From Myxococcota bacterium (GTDB lineage Bacteria > Myxococcota_A > UBA796 > UBA2385), in assembly GCA_044344255.1 (NCBI GenBank), contig JBIJDH010000033.1, forward strand, positions 1 to 58,101: a DNA stretch of 58,101 nucleotides, read 5' to 3'. Below are positions 19,114 through 27,971 of the stretch, piece by piece; position 1 is the stretch's first letter, and the number at the start of each line of letters is the position of its first letter. The notes beneath the pieces are model-generated. The model made no database searches and had not been told where the DNA came from. It saw nothing but the letters and a program-made list of their open reading frames with translations. Made by a program: the position numbers and the translations under genes.

Positions 19114-20163
19114 GTGATGCTGCTGTTCGGTGTGATCGGTGGGGTCGGTCTGGTCGGCGTCGCCTCGGCCCATATCCCCTTGGATGTGGGCGACTGGACC
19201 ATCACGGAGGTCCATGCGGGGCCGGCCGCGGAGGGGGGCCAGTGGTTCGAGGCCCGGAACAACGACGAGACCGACGGGAACAACCTCATCGAGAGCGCCT
19301 TCTACAACGCGGACGGCGTCTCCTTCGAGATCCTCGGGCACCTGATCGCGCGGGAGGGTGAGTTTGTGGTGCTCGCCTCAGAGGACAGCTCGGTCGAGGC
19401 GGACTTTCGGTTTCCGCCCGAGTTTGAGATCCACCCGTCGAGCGGGGCGATCACGCTGTTCGACCACATCCGCGGCGACGTCGACACGGTGGCCTGGGAG
19501 GCCGGCTGGGGCATCGTCGAGGGCGGCTCCTTCGCGGTCAACCATGGCTTCGAGGCCAACCCGTGGGCGAATGACGAGGCGGTGAACTGGTGTCAGCCCA
19601 CCGCGACCCCCGGCGTCGAGAACGGCTGGTGTGAGGGCAGCGACATCGATGACGACGGCGACGGCCTCAGCGAGCAGGAGGGGGACTGCGACGACCGCGA
19701 CCCCACCGTGCGCCCCGGCGCGATGGATGACACCACCACCTACGATGACGCCGACTGCGACGGCCTCGCCGACGACGCGGTGGTGGAGGAGGTAGACGCG
19801 GATGGGGACGGCGCCCCCTACCTCGAGGACTGCGACGACGCGGACCCCGCCGCCGGCCCCGAGGGGGAGGAGGTGGAGTGCGACGGCGTCGACCAGGACT
19901 GCGACGGCCTCGACCGCTGCCCGGGTGACACCGCTGACCCCGCCCCGGACCCCGCCGCCGACACCGGTGGCACGCCGACGGGCGGCGAGGGCGCGGACTG
20001 CGGCACAGACTGCGGCGCCGCCGAGCCCTCCCCGAAGGCCGCCGCGACGGGCTGCGGCTGCGCGGCCACCCGGGGTGCGCCGGGTTCGCTGCCCTCCGGG
20101 TGGGCGCTCCTCGCCTTCCTGGTGCCCCTCCTTCGATCCCGGCGGCGACTACTCCGCTTGTGA
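19114..20163 (+). CDS. Surface protein with lamin-tail-like domain, DCDD metal-binding repeats and MYXO-CTERM
   Basis: WTITEV...QWFEARN, ATPGVEN, DCDDRDP/DCDDADP/CDGVDQDCDG; C-terminal GCGC + TM + RSRRR. Confidence 0.8.
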   Translation: MMLLFGVIGGVGLVGVASAHIPLDVGDWTITEVHAGPAAEGGQWFEARNNDETDGNNLIESAFYNADGVSFEILGHLIAREGEFVVLASEDSSVEADFRFPPEFEIHPSSGAITLFDHIRGDVDTVAWEAGWGIVEGGSFAVNHGFEANPWANDEAVNWCQPTATPGVENGWCEGSDIDDDGDGLSEQEGDCDDRDPTVRPGAMDDTTTYDDADCDGLADDAVVEEVDADGDGAPYLEDCDDADPAAGPEGEEVECDGVDQDCDGLDRCPGDTADPAPDPAADTGGTPTGGEGADCGTDCGAAEPSPKAAATGCGCAATRGAPGSLPSGWALLAFLVPLLRSRRRLLRL

Positions 20164-23100
20164 GACCGCGAGGGAGTCCGACAAGGTCCCTCGCTGGAGC
20201 TGCCGCGACCGCCAGAGCACCCACATCGCCGGTAGGACGAGGGCGGTCATGAAGCTCAGCGTGAGGAGGCCGCCGAACATCGGCCCGGCCATGCGGCGGG
20301 CCACGTCAGAGCCGACGCCGTCGCTGAACAGCACGGGCAGGAGGCCGAGGAGGTTCATCGCGATGGCGAGCACCATCCCGCGCATCCGCCCTGCGGCGCT
20401 GTCGGCGGCGACCTCGGCGAGGCGGGCCGGGGTGAGCGTCTCTCCCGCTTCGAGGGCGTGCTTGACGCCGAGGTCGAGGTAGACGGCGAGCACCATCCCC
20501 ACCTCGGCTGCGACGCCGATGAGGGCGATCATGGCGACCCAGGAGGCGATCGAGAGATCGTAGCCTGCGAGCGCGAGGAACCAGACGCTCCCGAGCAGGG
20601 AGAAGGGCAGGGTCAGGAGCACGATGGTGGTCTCTCCGATGGTCCGGAAGGAGAGCCAGACGAGGAGGAAGATGAGCACGAGGGTCAGGGGCGCCATGAA
20701 GAAGAGGCGCTCCTGGGCTCGCTCCAGGAATTCGTACTGACCGGTCCACTGAATCTGGAGGGCGGGGTCGAGGCCGAGCCCCGAGACGACCTCCCGGGCC
20801 TCGTCCACATAGCCGCCGAGGTCGCGCTCGCCGGGATCGATGTAGATGTAGCCCGCGAGCTGGCCGCCCTCGTCGATGAGCATGGCGGGGCCGGGGCTGC
20901 GCTTGACGTCTGCGAGGGCGCCGAGCGGCACGACGCCCTGGGCCGTAGAGACCGGGAGGCTCCGGATCCCCTCCTCGTCGGCCCGAAAGTCACGGCCGAA
21001 ACGTGCGATGAGGGAGTATCGCTCCCGCCCGTCGAAGACCCGCCCGATGGGCATTCCGCCGAGGCCCACCTCGACCACGTCGAGCACGTCGTCGGTGGCG
21101 GCGCCGTAGCGGAGCAGGTCTTCGCGCCGGGGGATGACCTCCATGAAGACGGCGGCGAGCTGCCGCTCCGCGTAGACGCTACGGGTGCCGGCCACCTGTT
21201 GGAGGGCGGCCTCGATCTTCTCGCCGGCCGCCGCGATCTGATGCAGATCGTCGCCCAGCACCTTGATGCCCACGGGCGTCCGGATGCCCGTGCTGAGCAT
21301 GTCCACGCGCGCCTTGATGGGCATCGTGAAGGCGTTCTGGACGCCGGGGTAGTCCATCCCCGCCTCCAGCTCGGCGATGATGTCCTTGACCTCTACGCCG
21401 GGCCGCCACTGTTCACGAGGCTTGAGGGTGATGATGGTCTCGAACATCGACAAGGGGGCGGGGTCGGTCGCGGTCTCGGCCCTGCCGGCCTTTCCGAGCA
21501 CATGCGCCACCTCCGGGATGCCCTTGATGAAGGCGTCCTGGGCCTGAAGGAGCGTTCGGGCCTGCTCCGTCGAGATGCCGGGGAGGGTGACGGGCATGTA
21601 CAGCAGCGAGCCCTCGTAGAGAGGGGGCATGAATTCGCGCCCGAGGCCCCGATAGACCGGCACGGTCAGCGCCGTGGCGAGGGCGGCGAGGCCGATGACG
21701 GGCCAGGGGTGCCGGGTCGCGAGGCCCACCACCGGTCGGTACAGCGCTCGGAGGCCGCGGTTGATGGGGTTGGCCGCCTCTCGGGGCATGGGGCCGCGCA
21801 GCAGCGTCACGGCGAGGGCCGGGGCGAGGGTGAGCGTGAAGAGCGCCGCGGCCAGCATCGCGAAGGTCTTGGTCCAGGCGAGGGGGGTGAAGAGGCGCCC
21901 CTCCTGGGCCTCGAGGGCGAAGATGGGCAGGAAGCTCACCGCGATGAGGAGGAGCGAGGAGACGAGCGGCCCGCCGAGCTCCCGCGCCGCGGCGAGCACG
22001 ACCTCGGTGCGGTCGTCGTCGGGGCGCTCCTCGATGCGCCGGGCCGCGTTCTCGACGAGCAGGACGACGGCGTCGACCATGTCGCCGATGGCGATGATGA
22101 TGCCGGCGAGCGACATGATGTTGATGGTGAGCCCCATGAAGTACATGGGGATGAAGGCGACGGCGACGGCGCAGGGCAGCACCAGGATGGGGATGAGCAC
22201 CGAGCGGGCGTGAAGCAGGAAGAGGCCGAGGAGCAGCGCGATGATGAGCATCTCCTCCGCGATCGCGTCGGAGAGGGTGCGGACCGAGCCGGAGATGAGC
22301 TCGGAGCGGTCGTAGACGGGCACCACCTCGACGCCGTCGGGCAGCGGCACTACCGCGAGCCGGGCCTTGACCGCCTCGATGACCGCGAGGGCGTTCTGTC
22401 CTTGGCGCGCCACGACGAGCCCGCCCACGGCCTCTCCCTCTCCGTCGAGGTCGGCGATGCCGCGGCGGATGTCGGGGCCGATCTCCAGGCTCGCCACGCT
22501 GCCGAGGGCCACGGGGCTGCCCTGCGCGTCGAGGCCCACGAACAGGCGGTCGAGGTCGGCGAGATCGGTGACGAGGCCGCGGCCCTGGACATAGAGCTCG
22601 CGCCCAGCCTCCTCGATCACGCGCCCGCCCACGTCGCGGTTGTTCCGCGCGAGCGCCGTGGTGACGTCCCCCAGGGTGACGCCGGCGGCGCGCAGCCGCT
22701 CCGGGTCGAGCACGGCCTGGTACTGCTTCTCGAAGCCGCCCACCGTGGCGACCTCGGCGACGCCATCCACCCCTTCGAGGGCGAAGCGGAGCGTCCAGTC
22801 CTGGAGGGTGCGCAGGTCGGCGATAGAGAGCCGCCCGCTCCGGTCGACCAGCACATATTGATAGACCCAGCCGACGGCGGAGGCGTCGGGGCCGAGGGAG
22901 ATCTCCGCATCGGGCGGGAGGCGGGACTTGAGCACCCCGAGGCGCTCGCTCACCCGCGTGCGCGCCTGGTCGGGGTCGGCGCCGTCCTCCAGCAGCACAT
23001 AGGTGAAGGACATGCCGAACATCGTGAAGCCGCGCACCGCCTTCACCCCCGGCAGCGCCTGGAGGCCGGTGACGAGGGGGTAGGTGACCTGGTCCTCCAC

Positions 23101-23280
23101 GAGCTGCGGTGACCGGCCCATCCAGTCTGCGAAGACGATGACCTGCGGATCGGAGAGGTCGGGGATGGCGTCGAGCGGGCTCTTCCAGGCGGTCCACAGA
23201 CCCGCCACGCTCAGCAGGAGCGAGGTGAGGAAGACGAAGAGGCGGTTCCGGCCGCTCCAGTCGATAATGCGGGCGAGCAT
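20149..23280 (-). CDS. cusA: CusA-type Cu(I)/Ag(I) efflux RND permease
   Basis: LDAIPDLSDPQVIV; Met-triad contexts LLYMP, PAPLSMFET and RVDMLSTG typical of CusA. Confidence 0.9.
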   Translation of the reverse strand: MLARIIDWSGRNRLFVFLTSLLLSVAGLWTAWKSPLDAIPDLSDPQVIVFADWMGRSPQLVEDQVTYPLVTGLQALPGVKAVRGFTMFGMSFTYVLLEDGADPDQARTRVSERLGVLKSRLPPDAEISLGPDASAVGWVYQYVLVDRSGRLSIADLRTLQDWTLRFALEGVDGVAEVATVGGFEKQYQAVLDPERLRAAGVTLGDVTTALARNNRDVGGRVIEEAGRELYVQGRGLVTDLADLDRLFVGLDAQGSPVALGSVASLEIGPDIRRGIADLDGEGEAVGGLVVARQGQNALAVIEAVKARLAVVPLPDGVEVVPVYDRSELISGSVRTLSDAIAEEMLIIALLLGLFLLHARSVLIPILVLPCAVAVAFIPMYFMGLTINIMSLAGIIIAIGDMVDAVVLLVENAARRIEERPDDDRTEVVLAAARELGGPLVSSLLLIAVSFLPIFALEAQEGRLFTPLAWTKTFAMLAAALFTLTLAPALAVTLLRGPMPREAANPINRGLRALYRPVVGLATRHPWPVIGLAALATALTVPVYRGLGREFMPPLYEGSLLYMPVTLPGISTEQARTLLQAQDAFIKGIPEVAHVLGKAGRAETATDPAPLSMFETIITLKPREQWRPGVEVKDIIAELEAGMDYPGVQNAFTMPIKARVDMLSTGIRTPVGIKVLGDDLHQIAAAGEKIEAALQQVAGTRSVYAERQLAAVFMEVIPRREDLLRYGAATDDVLDVVEVGLGGMPIGRVFDGRERYSLIARFGRDFRADEEGIRSLPVSTAQGVVPLGALADVKRSPGPAMLIDEGGQLAGYIYIDPGERDLGGYVDEAREVVSGLGLDPALQIQWTGQYEFLERAQERLFFMAPLTLVLIFLLVWLSFRTIGETTIVLLTLPFSLLGSVWFLALAGYDLSIASWVAMIALIGVAAEVGMVLAVYLDLGVKHALEAGETLTPARLAEVAADSAAGRMRGMVLAIAMNLLGLLPVLFSDGVGSDVARRMAGPMFGGLLTLSFMTALVLPAMWVLWRSRQLQRGTLSDSLAVSQAE

Positions 23281-24382
23281 TCAGCCTCCGTGCCCGGCGT
23301 GCCCGCCGCCCGTGGTCATCTGCGTCTCGGAGTCGAAGAGGAAGGTGCCGGCGGCCACGACCGCCTCGCCGGCCTCGAGCCCGGCGGTCACCTGAACTTC
23401 GAGCGCGGTGCGGACGCCGAGGGAGACCGGTCGCGGTGTGTAGCCGTCGGGGCCGGCGACGAAGACGATCTGCCGGCTGCCGGTGTCGACCACCGCGGAG
23501 CGCGGCACCCAGACCCCCTCTGTGCTTGTCCCCTCCCAGGTCGCGGTGAGGGGCCGGCCGACGGCGATGTCACCCTTTGGGAGCAGGCGAAGCACCCGCC
23601 CGCCGGCGCCCGCGGTGGGCAGGAGCTCGGCGACGGTGGCCTCCCAGGTGTTCGAGCCGTCGCTGAGCGTCACCTGCGCGCCGCGCGGCGGGGGGTCGGG
23701 GGTGATCATCTCGACCACGCGGGCGTCGGCGGCGGCGATCTCGGCGATCAGACCGCCGGGGCCGATCCAGCTCCCCTCCCGAGCGGGGCGGGAGAGGATG
23801 ATGCCGGAGACCGGCGCCCGCAGTGTCCAGGTGTCGGGGATGCGATCGCCGGCCTCGTCGATGTCCCGGGCGGGCACGCCGAGGGCCTGGACCCGGCCGC
23901 GGGCGGCGCTCAGCCAGGGCTCGCCGAGCGGTCGGGAGACCTGCAGCTCCGCGAAGGCGGCGTGGACATCGGGGAGCCATATCTGCCCCAGCACCTGCCC
24001 GGCGCGGACGGCCTCCCCCACCCGCGGGACCCGATCGCCGCGGAGCTCGCCGCCCGTCGTGAGGCTCAGGCGGTGGGTTCGCGCGGGGTCAAACGAGGCG
24101 GTGGCCGGGGCGCGTCGCGTCTGGGACCCCCCGCCCTGACGGGCGAGGGCGGTGCGGATCCCGATGGCGGCTGCGATCTCGGGGCGGACCGCCACCGGCA
24201 TGACCATCTGGCCGGCCACCATGGTGTGGCCGGCGTGAGGGTCTGCGGCGGCGGCCGGCATGGTGTGGCCGGCGTGCGGGGTCTGCGGCGGCGGCCGGCA
24301 TGGTGTGGCCGGCGTGGGGGTCCTCGGCCCCACAGCCGAACGGGAGCAGGGTGAACAGGATCAGCCAGGGGAGCGGCTTCAT
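23281..24382 (-). CDS. cusB: CusB-like adaptor with DPHAGHTM repeats; +1 frameshift near 24278-24281
   Basis: Lipoprotein signal MKPLPWLILFTLLPFGC at 24382 is out of frame with the adaptor body (LRAPVSG, VPRSAVVDTGSRQIVFV, FLFDSE, GHAGHGG). One repeat unit is 40 bp instead of 39. Confidence 0.8.
24219..24322 (-). repeat. Tandem 39/40-bp repeat encoding DPHAGHTMPAAAA
   Basis: CATGGTGTGGCCGGCGTG occurs three times on the plus strand. Confidence 0.9.
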
Positions 24383-25905
24383 GGGGTCTGTCCGTTTGCC
24401 GGTGATGGGGTCTCCACGCGCGCACGCTCGGCGGCGCGCAGGGCTTCGTCTCGCTCGGCGGCCACCCGGTCGCGCTGCGCGGACAGGAGCCCCTCCCAGG
24501 CCTGGAGGGCCTCCCCCACGCTGCCCTGCCCGGCCGCATACTGAGCGAGGCTGGCTCGCCAGGCGGCGTCGGCCCGCGGGACGGCCACCTCACGGAGCAC
24601 CCGGGCTCGCGCTCCGGCGGCGGCCTCGGCGGCGCGGGCGGTGTCGGCGGCGGCGCCGAGCTCGCGGGCGATCGCCACGGCGCGCTGGGTGGCGGCCTCG
24701 ACCCGTGTGCTCGCGGCGTCCCGAGCGCGGGCCGGGCCCCCCCAGAGGGGAACCTCCACTCCCACCATCAGGTTGAGCCCCTGGACCATCCCGTCTGGCA
24801 TGACGCCGAGGCTGGCCCCCAGGGAGAGGTCGGGGGCGAGGCGGCTCCGGGAGAGCTGGCGCTCGGCCTCGGCGGCGGCGCGCTCGGTGGCGGCGAGCGC
24901 GAGCTCCGGCGGCCGCTCGGGGGACTGACCTGCGGGGTCGGTCCGATAGGCGCCCGGCGAGGCGCGGACCGCCGCTGCGGCCTCCTCTCCGACGAAGCGG
25001 GTGAGGACCGCCTGCTCTCCGTGGAGCCGCGCCTCCAGCCCCACCCGCTCGGCGCCCAGGCGCGCCACCTCGGCCTCGAGGCGGAGGAGCTCGGGGAGTC
25101 CGCTGCCGAGGGCCATGGCGGCTCCACCGGTGCCCATGCCGCTCGCGTCGCCCCCCCCTCCGTCGGCCATCCCGCTCATGCCGGATGGGGGCGCCCCCTT
25201 CGGCCGGGCGCCCCCGGCCGCGCCGCCCATGCCGGCCATCCCCGACATACCACCGCCTCCGGCGCTCCCCGACATGCCACCGCCTCCGGCGCTCCCCGAC
25301 ATGCCACCGCCTCCGGCGCTCCCCCCACCGACCGCCGGTGGCGCCGAGGAGGGAGCGGGCTCCATTCCAGCGCCCATCTCGGCGGGGGCCATCCCGCCCA
25401 TCCCGCCCATCCCACCGGCTCCAAGCCCGCTCGCTCCGGCGGTCCAGCGACGCAGGCCGGCCTGCCAGAGGGCCTCGGCGGCGACGAGCTGTGTGTTCAG
25501 GAGCGCGTGCTCGTCTTGGAGGGCTCGGATCCGGGCCGCGGACTGCGCGAGGCGGAGTCGGGTGTCTGCCGCGACACGGGCCTGGTCGGCCTCGGCGCGC
25601 CGGACCTCCACCCCCGCCCGCGCCGCCGCAGCCCGACCCTCGCCCCAGCCGCGCAGCATCTGCTCGACGCCGACCATGTACATCATCGGGTCGGGATCTC
25701 CGGGCATCGCCCCGAGGGAGTCGACCCCGAGCATGAGCATGGGGTTCATCGGGCGACCGAGCGCCTGGGCCTCCTCTTGGGCGGCCTGGACGTCGAATTC
25801 GAGCGCGGCGACCTCCGGGTCGAGCTCAAGGGCGACGCGGACGAGGCCATCGAGGTCTCCCGGAGCGGCGGCGAAGGCGTGGGCGATCAGGCAGAGCAGT
25901 ACCAT
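24379..25905 (-). CDS. TolC-family outer-membrane factor with a Met/Gly-rich insert
   Basis: First gene of the cusBA operon; helical OEP-like halves (ALELDPEV, PMNPMLMLGV, VGVEVPLW) interrupted by a long GGM/SAGGGGMSG tract. Confidence 0.75.
   Translation of the reverse strand: MVLLCLIAHAFAAAPGDLDGLVRVALELDPEVAALEFDVQAAQEEAQALGRPMNPMLMLGVDSLGAMPGDPDPMMYMVGVEQMLRGWGEGRAAAARAGVEVRRAEADQARVAADTRLRLAQSAARIRALQDEHALLNTQLVAAEALWQAGLRRWTAGASGLGAGGMGGMGGMAPAEMGAGMEPAPSSAPPAVGGGSAGGGGMSGSAGGGGMSGSAGGGGMSGMAGMGGAAGGARPKGAPPSGMSGMADGGGGDASGMGTGGAAMALGSGLPELLRLEAEVARLGAERVGLEARLHGEQAVLTRFVGEEAAAAVRASPGAYRTDPAGQSPERPPELALAATERAAAEAERQLSRSRLAPDLSLGASLGVMPDGMVQGLNLMVGVEVPLWGGPARARDAASTRVEAATQRAVAIARELGAAADTARAAEAAAGARARVLREVAVPRADAAWRASLAQYAAGQGSVGEALQAWEGLLSAQRDRVAAERDEALRAAERARVETPSPANGQTP
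25240..25323 (-). repeat. 27-bp tandem repeat x3 encoding SAGGGGMSG
   Basis: CCCCGACAT(A/G)CCACCGCCTCCGGCGCT repeated three times. Confidence 0.9.
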
Positions 25906-25917
25906 CCAGGCACCGCA

Positions 25918-25934
25918 AGCAACATGTGTGCCAG
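25918..25934 (-). promoter_or_regulatory. sigma54 (-24/-12) promoter of the tolC-cusB-cusA operon
   Basis: Minus strand CTGGCACACATGTTGCT, an exact GG-N10-GC match. Confidence 0.8.
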
Positions 25935-26055
25935 CGTTACAGCTCGCGGAGCGTGGCCCCAGGGGCGACCGTCCCCGTCTCCTGTGCGGTCCAGTTGCTG
26001 TGCGGTCAGGCGCAGAGAAGTGGGCATTTTAGCACCGGGACCTCGACTGTTTCGA

Positions 26056-26074
26056 TGTGACCATATCGGTCACA
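26056..26074. promoter_or_regulatory. Perfect palindrome, putative enhancer-binding protein site
   Basis: TGTGACC-N5-GGTCACA, about 120 bp and 112 bp from the two divergent sigma54 promoters. Confidence 0.65.
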
Positions 26075-26185
26075 GTTATGGCCACCCTGGGAACACCCCA
26101 GCGTCTCTGCTCGTTCTCCGCGAGGAGTCCGCCCCACGTCGATCCTCCCCGGGTGCCCTCCCAGCCCGATCACCGTCGCTCGGGG

Positions 26186-26202
26186 GCGGCACACATCTTG
26201 CG
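26186..26202 (+). promoter_or_regulatory. sigma54 (-24/-12) promoter of the lipoprotein operon
   Basis: GCGGCACACATCTTGCG, GG-N10-GC, about 48 bp upstream of ATG 26250. Confidence 0.7.
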
Positions 26203-26249
26203 GGACCTCTCTCTGCGACCCCTCGCGTCGCGATCCCACGGGAGATGTC

Positions 26250-26723
26250 ATGCTGCTCACCCTCCTCCTCCTCGCCTGCTCCTCGGACTCCATGATGGGT
26301 GACGAGGCGCTTCGGCAGATCGACGACATGCGCACCCTCGTCGCCGATCACCACCAGGCCGTCGAAGCAGCCGGTTCGCTGGACGAGGTCACCCCGATGG
26401 AGGCGGCCCACACCGAAGAGATGGGCAGCATGATGTCGGACATGCACGACATGATGGGCTCGATGATGGGCTGCGACATGGGTGAGATGATGTCGGGCTC
26501 GATGACGGACGCCGACGATCACATGAGCGAGATGATGGACTCGGCCTCCACCCACGAGGCGGACCACGGCGACCACGCCGCCCTCTCGGACTGCCTCGAC
26601 GACGAGGACCGCTACTCCGCAATGATGGAGGAGCACTTGAGCGCGATGTCCGATGACCTCGATGGCTTTGACGAAGACGCCGAGTGCTCGGGAGGGCACG
26701 GCGGGATGATGGACATGGACTGA
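26250..26723 (+). CDS. Met/His/Asp-rich lipoprotein, putative copper-binding
   Basis: LLAC lipobox; 26 Met and 10 His in 157 aa (hand count); GGAG ribosome-binding site. Confidence 0.8.
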   Translation: MLLTLLLLACSSDSMMGDEALRQIDDMRTLVADHHQAVEAAGSLDEVTPMEAAHTEEMGSMMSDMHDMMGSMMGCDMGEMMSGSMTDADDHMSEMMDSASTHEADHGDHAALSDCLDDEDRYSAMMEEHLSAMSDDLDGFDEDAECSGGHGGMMDMD

Positions 26724-26806
26724 GCGAAGCCCCTCGCCCCGCCCCCCGGCGGATTGTGGGGACCGCGGGGGAGCGGGTGGTCTCGGAGCCGGGTATCTCT
26801 GTCCGA

Positions 26807-26850
26807 CCCTGCCCTCCGCCTGCCCCTGCCCTCCGCCTGCCCCTGCCCCT
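26807..26850. repeat. 17-bp tandem repeat (about 2.5 copies)
   Basis: CCCTGCCCTCCGCCTGC twice plus a partial copy, intergenic. Confidence 0.8.
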
Positions 26851-26861
26851 TGGAGAAGTCG

Positions 26862-27971
26862 ATGCGCTTGATCTCAGCCCTGGTTCCGCTCCTGCTCCTC
26901 GCCTGTGCCGGCGGAGACGACAAGTCCGGGAGCGGCGGGGGCGGCGGCGCGGACACCTCGGACACCGGAGGGGGTGAGCAGGCCTCGGTCCTCGGGGTGG
27001 GCGACGGCAGCGCCGCCTCGGTGGGCTGGACGGCCATCCTCGGGCCCGACGAGGACCTCGATGACCCCCGTGACCTCGGCTTCGACGCCGCAGGCAACCT
27101 CTGGGTGGCCAATCGTGAGGATGATCGTACCTTCATCATCTCCGATCCCGGCACTGCCGAACAGGCCTACGATCGTCGAATCGACGGGTACGCGATGCAC
27201 TTCATGGAGGAGACCGCCGCGCTCTCCTTCGACGGCGGGGTGCAGTTCGGCTCCTGTGGGGAGTCGAGCAACACCTACAACGACCGGCAACGCGGGGATG
27301 GCTACATGGGCCCGGTGTTGTGGTCTACAGACCTCAACATCTTTGGGGTCGAGAACCCGATCGGCCTCGGCTCCCACCTCGACATGTCGCACGAGAGCCC
27401 GCTCTGTGTCGGCATCGGCTGGGAGAAGGACAACGTCTACTGGGTCTTCGACGGCAAGAACGACGCCCTCGTGCGCCACGACTTCCAGGCCGACCACGGC
27501 GTGGGCATGGACGAGCACTACGACGGCATCATCCACCAGCTCACCGAGCCCGTGATGACGCGGGTCGAGGAGGCCCCCGGCCACATCGTGATCGACCACG
27601 AGGCGGGCCGCCTGTATGTCGCCGACACGGGCGGCGGGCGGGTGCTCTGGCTCGACATCGCCAGCGGAGAGGAGGGGGCCAAGCTGCCGGGACATGACCC
27701 GGGCGTGGAGCGAGTGGAGTGGGACGGCGCCGAGTGGGGCGTGGTCATCGAGGGGCTCGACCGCCCCGGCGCGCTCGCTCAGGTGGGCGACCACCTCATC
27801 GTCGGCGAGTGGGGCAACGGGCGGCTCACGGAGGTGGACCTCGCGGGCGCGGTCGTCCGGCAGCTCGAGACCGACTTCGGCGCCGAGGCGCTCTACGCGG
27901 CGGAGCTCGGCCCCGACGGCCACCTCTGGGTCATCGACCGGGCTACGGGTGTCTATCGGATCGACCCCTGA
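26862..27971 (+). CDS. NHL-like beta-propeller lipoprotein
   Basis: LLAC lipobox; LDDPRDLGFD.AGNLWVAN, LYVADTGGGRV and LDRPGAL repeats; also MHFME and HLDMSHESP. Confidence 0.8.
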   Translation: MRLISALVPLLLLACAGGDDKSGSGGGGGADTSDTGGGEQASVLGVGDGSAASVGWTAILGPDEDLDDPRDLGFDAAGNLWVANREDDRTFIISDPGTAEQAYDRRIDGYAMHFMEETAALSFDGGVQFGSCGESSNTYNDRQRGDGYMGPVLWSTDLNIFGVENPIGLGSHLDMSHESPLCVGIGWEKDNVYWVFDGKNDALVRHDFQADHGVGMDEHYDGIIHQLTEPVMTRVEEAPGHIVIDHEAGRLYVADTGGGRVLWLDIASGEEGAKLPGHDPGVERVEWDGAEWGVVIEGLDRPGALAQVGDHLIVGEWGNGRLTEVDLAGAVVRQLETDFGAEALYAAELGPDGHLWVIDRATGVYRIDP

